Part shown: positions 49,266-60,500 of the stretch, one piece after another
How positions within the stretch are numbered: position 1 is the first letter of the stretch
Layout of the letters: each line of letters starts with the position of its first letter
Source: Massalongia carnosa
Taxonomy: Eukaryota
Length of the DNA: 64,000 nt
Assembly (NCBI GenBank): GCA_965645245.1
Contig: OZ287070.1
Span: 2,914,001 to 2,978,000, forward strand
Direction: 5' to 3'
Position numbers and translations under genes: made by a program
Notes under the pieces: generated by a model
Databases searched by the model: none
Told to the model about the DNA's origin: nothing
Seen by the model: the letters and a program-made list of their open reading frames with translations, nothing else

Positions 49266-50310
49266 TCAGATTGAAATGGTGGGATACTGAATGCCAGCCA
49301 ATCTAAATAAATTTCCCGGGTCTCCCATTCTCAGATCTTTGACTGCATCCCGAAGAAATTGTCCGAATCCCCCATACCCCTCCGTGTACGAAAGACTCAT
49401 TTCTCCATTCCGTCGAATCCATGCCTTTAGCAATGCAAACAACGTTTCAATTGGATTGAAATCTGGAGAATAAGGAGGTAGTCGTGCCAAGGTGACGTTG
49501 GCTGTCTCGCACATCTGAATAAGCTCCTGATTCCAATGAATGCTGGCATTATCTAGTACTAAAACAGATCTAGGACCTCCATTGGCAGTCGTCTGAGGAA
49601 GAACCTGATTTCGAACGAAGTCGTTGAAAATTTCGGCAGTTATGGAGCCCTGATGCACCTCCCAAGCTATATATCCATCGACGGTAAATGCAGGAAGAAT
49701 GCTCCATCTCTTTGACCTTTTCAAATCCTGAATCATGATTGGAGGGACGCCTGCCTGAGCCCATCCGTATCGTCGGTCACCTAGTCAGAAAGTCAGAAAA
49801 ATGACGAAGATGGGATGAAAGATGAGATAGGAAATAACCGGTTCTTTCGCAAGCTGCACTTTCGTCCAAAAAGATCAATTGCTCTGCAGTCCATTCTCCG
49901 AGTCTCTGCATCCATCCATCTCGAAGGCCTTGATTTCTTTGAGCTGCTTGTTTGATCACCTTCTTTCGATTCCAACCAAGCCTTTTTAGGGCACGACCAA
50001 CGGTGGTCTCATCTGCAGAGATCTGAAATTCGTCCCAAATGAACCAGCACATTTCGTCCAGATAGGCATGCGGACGTTGCTCCAGATATTTCAGAAGTTC
50101 AATCTCATGAAATTGACTGAGTTTACGAGGGCGATGTCCAATTGACAATTGAGGTAGAACCACATCTCCAAAATGAGTCCAATTACGTCTCATTCGTTGA
50201 ATCTGTCTGATGCCAACACCAGTGACAGATGCAATTGTCTTATTGCTGTCACCTCGTACAAAACGAAGCGTGATTGTCTCACGAAGGGTCTCACTGAGAG
50301 GGGGGGGCAT
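49266..50310 (-). CDS. Tc1/IS630-family transposase; predicted intron 49781..49838
   Basis: N-terminal HTH-like region, IFLDESA, VLDNASIH and YSPDFNPIE with 34 residues between D and E; splicing gives ERTGDRRYGW in frame. Confidence 0.9.
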
Positions 50311-50835
50311 TTTGGGAAAATGGCAGAGGAGAGAGGGAAAAAAGACGGGGAATGGCATCTACATATACTAATCTACAAGTCGCTTCAATACTGACCAGTA
50401 GTACGACTTCATTGGCATGTAGGCGGTGAGGGTAGTTATTCGGATTTTTGCCGGCATTTTGCCATTTTCGCGTAAATATTTGATGTGTGGTCCCAAATTC
50501 AGGGTCGCGACCAACCTTTTGCAGTCGACTGTACATTGAAAGATATAAATATAATGATATTTCTTTTGCAAATATCACAAATAATCGTCATTCATCGTAT
50601 CACACTCAAACTTAGACAGCCTATGTAACTTATTTTTATCAGAAATCAATTTATAAATAAAACTCGACATTATTCACAATGTCTTTTGAAATCTGTTCTT
50701 TTTAACAAACGACTTTCAGCAGTTCAAAAAAAGCTCAACTACCCCTATCATCATTTTACGGCAACTCTCGTCCCCCAAACAACAGACCCGAGGACTTGAC
50801 CGCTTCGAAGATGATAACTGGAAAGACTTCTCAGG

Positions 50836-51855
50836 TGTAATACGGATGGCGCTAGAAGGATACGTGATCGCCTACGGCGGTTGCGGGATTAACTAGCATG
50901 AGCCAGGCCGTAGTACTTAGTCGCACAGCCGTCGAGGTTGACACGACGCCACCTTGCCACACAACTCCGAATCCTACGTTCTAGACTGCTTACAGATCAA
51001 ACACCTGTCGAGGCCGTGGTGGTAGATTGCCATGGAGTAAGGCGAACTCCTGTGGAGAAGCCGTGAACTCTATATGGAATCTGCTGGCCTACTCGGAGCT
51101 ACTCGATCTCTTGATGGATCAAGAGTTGTAGCAGGAGGCACGGCTAGCTGGACGCAGCTTGAGCTCGGCCTCCCCGGTGTAAACTTCAGCTTTCACCTTT
51201 ATTGCTAATTTGGTAGTGATATCGGCTGAGTGAACCTACATGACCTTGTGGTCTAGACCTTGTGTCTAGTGGCAGGTCCGCAGTGTAGATAGAGATTCAG
51301 TCGGAGGTAACCTTCCATCGCTACGTTGGTAGTGGTGACGGCGAAATGAAGCTACATAGCCTCGGCGTCTAGACTTTATGTTTAGAGGCAGGCTAGCAAT
51401 GTAGTGAGGGATCTAGCCGGAGGTAGAAGTGTTCTACCTTGCAAGGGAAGGTCTAGAAGGCTGCTCGAGGCTGACTAGATGATCCAGCGAACACCGAGTT
51501 CGTAGATGGATCCTGAGGGATTGGTTAGATGTAAGGCGATAAGGTCAGAAGTGGGTTGCAAGGCTCTTAAGGTTCCAAGGCTCCCAAGGCTATAGGCTTG
51601 GGGTGAGTAGGATAAATACCAGAACGAATCCTGTAGTATTCGTTAGCAATTAGTCTTTATTCTATGAACAACGTACGTTTGGGTCTCGGACGAGATCTCT
51701 TGGTCTAAGCACTTCCACATCCATTAGTTCTTTGGATCACGTATACTCTCGGAGACCAGCTCGTAGTAGCTATCTTCCTCCTCTCACGCTGAGCATTTCC
51801 CCTTTCGAGATCAGTATCGCTCGTGATAAGCTTACTGGTCTCGTAGCCCATTACA
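50836..51855. mobile_element. Solo LTR F2, diverged inverted copy of F1
   Basis: Reverse-complement similarity to 45396..46425 along its length; flanks TCAGG / ATTGG do not match. Confidence 0.88.
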
Positions 51856-53679
51856 ATTGGGCGCCGAGGCTCTCGATAATATCAGCAATAACTCTCGGAA
51901 GTGTCATTGCCTTATATCAGCATACTCGGATGAAGAAATAGAACTGACGGACGAATCGTGCAATAAACCTTTGCGACCTCTCCCTTCGATGCTCATCAGT
52001 AATGGCTTAGAGCAAAGGAACAAAAATAGTAAGACGTCAGATGACGGCAAAAGGGATGGGAGCGATGATCAAGAAGATAATATAGAAAGTGATAGAAATA
52101 CGATTAAGAAGCCACATATCACGAGGAAACGCAAACTGCATTCCCAGCAGAATCCAGCTCGGAAGCGTCAGCATCGCCGTCATTTCCTATTGCACTTTCA
52201 GCGAAGACACTGATGGTAGTGTAATATCTCGCGCAAGCAACTATAACTCGATCGAATACCACCGCCGAGACTCAATATCAATAACCTCTCCTGATAGTCG
52301 TTCGACCTCGATTACTTCCATTTACTTGCCAGCAGCTAACAAAGATGCGATGTACGAGCGGAGCAGGCAACCACAAACTAAAGTTGTCATAGCCTTAGGT
52401 CAGGGAGAGTGGGAAATTGAGGAAATCTTGGGCGAAAAGAAGACAAAAGGAAAGAAAGGGAAACAACGTGCCAAGTTCCTGGTACAAGTTGGACGAATGC
52501 GATATTGATGCTCCTGAATTATTCCGGAAGTTCAGGGTCGCTCGCAATGCTCATTAATATGAAAAAAAGAAGAAGGATACCATGGAGGGAGACAAGGCGA
52601 ATCTTCCTAATCTATATAGTACTGAAAGAGTTACCCTGCTACTTTGGGCAACACTACCTTATTCGGTTAGATTGAACCCGAAAAAGGGAACGCGGCTTGC
52701 GGAACAGTACTGAATTATCAAATAATGCGGGGAGGACCTCCCTGCGGACAGGACCAAAAATTCCCCTCTTGCCTCGACCGTACCGGACCGTTTCACTTCG
52801 TCAAACTTCGGAGATCAACTGATCCTGTTGATATCAGTCCGTATCGCGAAAACTACGTTCTTTTACGTTCGTTGTGGGCCGCGAGAGGTGGTCGTTGTTC
52901 GCGTTTTTCATGTTTTGATGTTCCCGAAAACTGCGCTAAATCCGTCCGTTCAATGAACCTGCGAAAACCCTCGATTCGGTTTAACGTAGTCTTAATTGGG
53001 TTTAGCATTAACAATTATCTGATCTCTTCGCAACAACAGCAACGACTACCGCTATATCTTTGCAGCCTAGCTCTTCTCCTCGAGCAATCGTTTCTCGACT
53101 TCCCATTCCGTTACGACAATGGTGTTCTCTCCGTAGACCGCATAATAAAGTGAATTCTCCGGAAAATCCTCCCGCAAAACGCGTTCGTCTAATCTTACGA
53201 CCACCGAAAACGTTCTGTTAGTCTTTTCCTGCGTCCGCCTGCTCCAAGAAGTTCGATTGTATCTCCTGTCACTCTTCCATCTTTGCAGAGTTCGCCTAAC
53301 AGTTCAATAACGAATTCCGTTTCTCCCGTATCGTCGGCTTTCCACTCGCCAAGCCCGCCAAATCGAAATGATTTGCAGTTGGAAAATCCGAACATTTGGG
53401 AAGAAATGCTGCTCAACGAAGCAGAAGCGGGTCAGTACAATCACAACCGAGCTCGCGGTTTCGTAAGGTCGAGTTTCGGACATATTTCTCCATCCATTAC
53501 GAGTTCCAGACCTGTTTCTCCACCTGTTAATCATCGTGAGTCACGAGGAAATCGTCGAACACGTCGTCGCGACCGTACTGTTGAAGCCCGTGACCATACG
53601 GCTGCAAATCGTAACTTTCCTGCCGCATTTAAAAGTCAGTACACTTTAGAATCCGCGATACAACGAATTCAACACATGA

Positions 53680-56112
53680 CATATCATTGCAGAAACTGCG
53701 GTGCGTGGCATTGGGAACGGAAGCTGTTCAGAGTGACAGAAGACGAGATCGAGTATACAAATCCTGTTGCAAGCGAGGTGGTGTCGTGTTGCCACCGTTT
53801 CAGCCTCCTCCTGATTATTTACGGCAACTGTTAATTGGTGACGATATTAGAACCCGCACATTTCGCAAAAACCTCCGAAAATATAATTCCACGTTGACGT
53901 TCACCTCCGTAAACTACAAACCCGATCGCCGACTTCCTCGCAACGGTCGTGGACCGGTATGTTTTCAAAATCACGGAGAACTGTATCACCTGCAAGGTCC
54001 TTTGGATCCCGTTGACGATTCTCCTCGCTTTGCTCAACTGTTTTTTACGATCCCGACGAAGCAACCGCGATTCGTACTCGACAACATACAGAATTGGATC
54101 CCGATATTGTACGACGTTTAACAGAGATGTTGCACAATATGAATCCCTTTATCAGGCTTTACAAATCCGCCAGCGAGGCTTTGCGGGAGAATGCGGCCAC
54201 AACCGATGATCGTCGTGTTACGGATCCTACGGCCTTATGGAATCGATACGCAAATGATATATATGACGATTTACCGCATCGATTACGATCAATGACTGAT
54301 GTTCCTGACGATTTAATGAGTCCGCATTTAGATTACGGCCTTTATTTGTTAAACGGAGGTCTTTCGGATTTAGGAAAACGATTAGAGGATTAGAATATGC
54401 CGCTGTTTACATACGATTAGGGTCGGAGTACTGGAAATCCGTTGATCGCAAATGAAATTGTGACGAAGCGAGAAGTAAATAGATTTCTACCATTGCGCCA
54501 CCTGTCCTCCCGACCAAAAGGCACAATACTTAGTCCGCAGACCAAGCTCTATTCTACTATAACTGGGACTCCTGCTTTGTTCGCTGTAGGTCCTGCCGTC
54601 CGCACCACGCATGGTCGAACCGTTACAGAAATGACTTACGATTTCAACGAAGAAACGACGTTACGAAATGAACGATATACTCAATTGAATGCGGATCAGA
54701 AATACTGTTTTGATACCATTGTTGCGGGAGTTAGAGATTATCCTAGAATGGCGCATTTTTTTGTTCACGGACCTGCAGGAACAGGTAAGACTTTCTTATA
54801 TTAGACTCTTTGCAATGATATTCGGGCGGAGAAAAAAATCATTCTTTGCGTTGCGTCTCCCGGCATTGCGGCTTTACTTCTTCCTAGCGGACAGACTTCA
54901 CATTCCCGGTTGAAAATTCCTTTGATTTTAAATGAGGACAGCATGTGTAATATCACCCGCAACACGCATTTACACTGTCTTTTGCAACGCACAGCCTTAA
55001 TCATTGGGGATGAGGTGCCGATGCAACACAAACAATGCTTCATGGCCGTACATCGCACTTTACGGACCTTTTAGGTAATGACGACCTTTCGGAGTTATTC
55101 CGATGGTGTTAGGCGGAGATTTCGCTCAAATCTTGCCCGTTGTTCCCCGTGGAAATCGGGAACCCATCGTTGCGGCGAACATTCAAAACACCTTCTGTGG
55201 CCGCGATTTCAAAACCTGTTTTTGCGTCAAATCATGCGAATTCGTAACGAAGTCGCCAATGAGGCGTTTGCGGACAGGATCGGGAAAATGCCTTATGATC
55301 CTGCTTTTTCCGGTCGTGTTCAGCTACCGGAACAAGTCAATCAACTGAACAACTTAGACAGTTTCGTGGACACCGTTTTTCCTTCCGATCGCATGCGGCA
55401 AGCTCATCTGGATGCGGATTCTTTCGCAAGTCGAGCAATTTTGACTTTGCGGAACGATATCGTCGCGGAGTTAAACGGTGCAGTACTGAATAAATTGCAG
55501 GGCGGTTCGCACACCTTGAACTCCGTTGATCAAATAGAGAACGATACGGCGCAGGAACGAGGAGACTTTCTTCCTACCGAGTTTTTACAACCCTTGCAAA
55601 CATCGTCTATACAAACTTCACAATTGCAACTGAAACTTGGAGCCCGAATCATTTTTTTGCGGAATTTGTATCCCAAACTTGGTCTCTGTAACGGCACCCG
55701 ATTACGTCTTACTCACATTTCGCGGACCTGTCTAGAGGGAAAGATTTTGGGATAAGAATTCAACGGTGAAACGCGATTAATTCCCCGGATTCTTCTTAAT
55801 ACCACGGAAGGCGAGTTGCCCTGGATCATAAGTCGCAAACAATTTCCGATACGATTGTGCTTTGCTATGACTGTCAACAAGTCGCAAGGTTAATCATTGG
55901 ACACGATAGGAGTCGATTTGCGAGCTCCTCCTTTTACTCATGGTCAGTTATATGTGGCATTATCTCGAGTTATGGATGTGTCTCGATTGTGTATGTTGTT
56001 TCCGGAACGAAATGACTGGAAAACGGATAACATTGTATATCCGGAAGTAATTCTGCGATCGCAACATGACATGATAACTCATGTTCCTCCGAATCCTGCT
56101 GTAAGTTTATGA
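53680..56112 (+). pseudogene. Helitron RepHel remnant (N-terminal Cys-rich region plus Pif1-like helicase)
   Basis: CCKRGGVVLP, FRKNLRKYN, GPAGTGKT, GGDFAQILPV, LCNGTRL, QFPIRLCFAMTVNKSQG, FTHGQLYVALSRV; multiple stops and frameshifts. Confidence 0.9.
54459..54627. mobile_element. Solo LTR (169 bp) inserted in the Helitron
   Basis: TGTGACG...CGTTACA ends, TSD GAAAT. Confidence 0.8.
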
Positions 56113-57520
56113 TGATATAGGGTATCATGTCACTTAGAAAATGTATTCAATTGCAAAATAGACAGCAAGTTTATTATGTTATCAAAAATTTATCGTCCGG
56201 GTCATCAAGTGTGACATTCTCCGCTAATTTCGCAAGTCGTAAGTTTTAGAAAATTTAAGAAAAGTTTTCAATTTTTCGATTTCAATCCTGAAATTAAATA
56301 GATAATTTTGTATTGCATACGTGGTTTTAAATTTACAACCTTTTACGAATTGTATCGATCGTAAAAACTTGAAACCGGTTCCAAAATCTCAGTTCTGAGA
56401 TGGCACGGTCTCGTTATATTGATGACCTCGAGAGACTTTTTCTTTGAATTTATCTTTATACACATAAGAGTGGCTAGGTTGGTCTGCCTAGTATTTACGT
56501 ATTGTAGCGTAACAAGCATCCCTTTCACCATCCTAATGTTCACATAGGAGACTATTGCTCTCGTCTCATCGCTAGTCGCTGTGGCTTGTTCCAGCTTCCA
56601 GATTGCTTGAACAGTAACATCTGGAAATATTATAACATACTGTGAGATTCTGAGGATCAAAGACGCATCATTAAGATCCAAAGCCTAGCCTATTCTGTAT
56701 CGTGCGATAGCTCCAGATTCTACATCATAGAGATTCGGATGTCGTGTAGATGCAGATGGGTAGTGCCGGTGTTCATAAATATGTCTGAGTATAAGATTGT
56801 GTTAGGATCTAGATCTACTGTCATCTAGTAATGAATGGAGTTTACGTACTAGATCGGGTTGAATAAGTGTTGATAAATTAATTGATACATGGATGGATTA
56901 TTGTTCTCAGGAAAAGATGAGAAAATTCTATCGAGTCTACCCGCTGAGTCCCTCGGTAAAACCATTTACCCGAAATTACTTGGTTGACAGATTGATTGCT
57001 AGATGGGTTCTCATTATGTTAAGTCACAGTATGACTTTGGTGTTACTATGGGAGAAGGATTGGGAGGTATGTGAGGAGACATTGTGGGTTTTCGATGAAT
57101 ATGTCTGGCAGTAAGGTGTCTCTTGAGGTAATATTCTTGGGATGTGCTTGTTGAAGGAGAGGAGGTTGCGGTTGTCAGAAGTTCGGCTTGAGAAGGTGGG
57201 TCGGATAAGAGTAAGTCTGGATTCGTAAGGCCTGAAGGGGCAGGGACTTATGAGGAGATCGGACCAATAGATGTAACACTATCAAGCATTTCTAGGAACT
57301 CCTCCTGAGTTTGTGCAAGGCGAAGAATGGTCACTGATTCCAAAATCGAGGATGTTACCTGAGTAACGGTAGATGAAAAGACACTTCCGTTTTTTGGTTA
57401 ACTCGCACTGGGTACAAACAAACTACGTTACTCTTCATTACGGTGCTTCTACAATCTATTATGAGAAGAGTTTAGTGATAGAAATTCTATGATTCGGAGT
57501 AGAGGAACATACCTTGATCT

Positions 57521-60500
57521 CTAACTCTTCAAGAAGCATCGCAAGTACATGTCTTCGGCTTCTTTCATCTTGCCTTGATTCTTGTACAGATTTCCCAGAT
57601 TGTTGACTGTATCGATTGTCGATGTGTGCTCAGGACCCCAGGCCTTTTCCTTTCCTGTCAATGCTCGCAAGTACATGTCTTCGGCTTCTTTCATCTTGCC
57701 TTGATCCGAGTACAGAAGTCCCAGATTGTTGACTGTATCGAGTGTCGATGTGTGCTCAGGACCCCAGGCCTTTTCCTTTCCTGTCAATGCTCGCAAGTAC
57801 ATGTCTTCGGCTTCTTTCATCTTGCCTTGATTCTTGTACAGAAGTCCCAGATTGTTGACTGTATCGAGTGTCGATGTGTGCTCAGGACCCCAGGCCTTTT
57901 CGTATCCTGTCAATGCTCGCAAGTACATGTCTTCGGCTTCTTTCATCTTGCCTTGATCCGAGTACAAAACTCCCAGATTGTTGACTGTATCGAGTGTCGA
58001 TGTGTGCTCAGGACCCCAGGCCTTTTCGTATCCTGTCAATGCTCGCAAGTATATGTCTTCGGCTTCTTTCATCTTGCCTTGATTCTTGTACAGAAGTCCC
58101 AGATTGTTGACTGTACCGAGTGTCGATGTGTGCTCAGGACCCCAGGCCTTTTCCTTTCCTGTCAATGCTCGCAAGTACATATCTTCGGCTTCTTTCATCT
58201 TGCCTTGATCCGAGTACAGAAGTCCCAGATTGTTGACTGTACCGAGTGTCGATGTGTGCTCCGGACCCCAGGCATTTTCGTATCCTGTCAATGCTCGCAA
58301 GTACATGTCTTCGGCTTCTTTCATCTTGCCTTGATTCTTGTACAGAAGTCCCAGATTGTTGACTGTATCGAGTGTCGATGTGTGCTCAGGACCCCAGGCC
58401 TTTTCGTATCCTGTCAATGCTCGCAAGTACATGTCTTCGGCTTCTTTCATCTTGCCTTGATTCTTGTACAGAAGTCCCAGATTGTTGACTGTACCGAGTG
58501 TCGATGTGTGCTCAGGACCCCAGGCCTTTTCGTATCCTGTCAATGCTCGCAAGTACATGTCTTCGGCTTCTTTCATCTTGCCTTGATCCGAATACAGATT
58601 TCCCAGATTGTTGACTGTATCGAGTGTCGATGTGTGCTCAGGACCCCAGGCCTTTTCGTATCCTGTCAATGCTCGCAAGTACATGTCTTCGGCTTCTTTC
58701 ATCTTGCCTTGATTCTTGTACAGAAGTCCCAGATTGTTGACTGTACCGAGTGTCGATGTGTGCTCAGGACCCCAGGCCTTTTCGTATCCTGTCAATGCTC
58801 GCAAGTACATGTCTTCGGCTTCTTTCATCTTGCCTTGATTCTTGTACAGAAGTCCCAGATTGTTGACTGTACCGAGTGTCGATGTGTGCTCAGGACCCCA
58901 GGCCTTTTCGTATCCTGTCAATGCTCGCAAGTACATGTCTTCGGCTTCTTTCATCTTGCCTTGATTCTTGTACAGAAGTCCCAGATTGTTGACTGTACCG
59001 AGTGTCGATGTGTGCTCAGGACCCCAGGCCTTTTCGTATCCTGTCAATGCTCGCAAGTACATGTCTTCGGCTTCTTTCATCTTGCCTTGATTCTTGTACA
59101 GAAGTCCCAGATTGTTGACTGTACCGAGTGTCGATGTGTGCTCAGGACCCCAGGCCTTTTCGTATCCTGTCAATGCTCGCAAGTACATGTCTTCGGCTTC
59201 TTTCATCTTGCCTTGATCCGAGTACAAAACTCCCAGATTGTTGACTGTATCGAGTGTCGATGTGTGCTCAGGACCCCAGGCCTTTTCCTTTCCTGTCAAT
59301 GCTCGCAAGTACATGTCTTCGGCTTCTTTCATCTTGCCTTGATCCGAGTACAGAAGTCCCAGATTGTTGACTGTATCGAGTGTCGATGTGTGCTCAGGAC
59401 CCCAGGCCTTTTCCTTTCCTGTCAATGCTCGCAAGTACATATCTTCGGCTTCTTTCATCTTGCCTTGATCCGAGTACAGAAGTCCCAGATTGTTGACTGT
59501 ACCGAGTGTCGATGTGTGCTCCGGACCCCAGGCATTTTCGTATCCTGTCAATGCTCGCAAGTACATGTCTTCGGCTTCTTTCATCTTGCCTTGATTCTTG
59601 TACAGAAGTCCCAGATTGTTGACTGTATCGAGTGTCGATGTATGCTCAGGACCCCAGGCCTTTTCCTTTCCTGTCAATGCTCGCAAGTACATGTCTTCGG
59701 CTTCTTTCATCTTGCCTTGATCCGAGTACAAAACTCCCAGATTGTTGACTGTATCGAGTGTCGATGTGTGCTCAGGACCCCAGGCCTTTTCCTTTCCTGT
59801 CAATGCTCGCAAGTACATGTCTTCGGCTTCTTTCATCTTGCCTTGATCCGAGTACAAAACTCCCAGATTGTTGACTGTATCGAGTGTCGATGTGTGCTCA
59901 GGACCCCAGGCCTTTTCGTATCCTGTCAATGCTCGCAAGTACATGTCTTCGGCTTCTTTCATCTTGCCTTGATCCGAGTACAGATTTCCCAGATTGTTGA
60001 CTGTATCGAGTGTCGATGTGTGCTCAGGACCCCAGGCCTTTTCCTTTCCTGTCAATGCTCGCAAGTACATGTCTTCGGCTTCTTTCATCTTGCCTTGATT
60101 CTTGTACAGAAGTCCCAGATTGTTGACTGTACCGAGTGTCGATGTGTGCTCAGGACCCCAGGCCTTTTCGTATCCTGTCAATGCTCGCAAGTACATGTCT
60201 TCGGCTTCTTTCATCTTGCCTTGATCCGAGTACAGAAGTCCCAGATTGTTGACTGTACCGAGTGTCGATGTGTGCTCAGGACCCCAGGCCTTTTCCTTTC
60301 CTGTCAATGCTCGCAAGTACATGTCTTCGGCTTCTTTCATCTTGCCTTGATCCGAGTACAGAAGTCCCAGATTGTTGACTGTATCGAGTGTCGATGTGTG
60401 CTCAGGACCCCAGGCCTTTTCGTATCCTGTCAATGCTCGCAAGTACATGTCTTCGGCTTCTTTCATCTTGCCTTGATTCTTGTACAGATTTCCCAGATTG

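Larger units (their letters stand above)
46849..50531. mobile_element. Tc1/mariner (DD34E) DNA transposon with ~210-bp TIRs and two convergent genes
   Basis: TA on both sides; TIR CAGTCGACTGCAAAAGGTTGGTCGCGACCC... at ~46849..47060 and ~50319..50531. Confidence 0.95.
52611..56491 (+). mobile_element. Helitron, decayed and internally deleted; ends tentative
   Basis: A|TCTATATAGT at the 5' end and CTAG|T at the 3' end; RepHel remnants inside. Confidence 0.65.

Noticed and set aside
45396..51855. F1 and F2 as TIRs of one large element or ends of a second inversion
   Set aside because: F1 has its own perfect TSD and the copies are diverged, so they are independent insertions
56800..57278. Possible solo LTR (TGTTAGGATCTA...TAGATGTAACA)
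   Set aside because: No matching TSD and no second copy in the window
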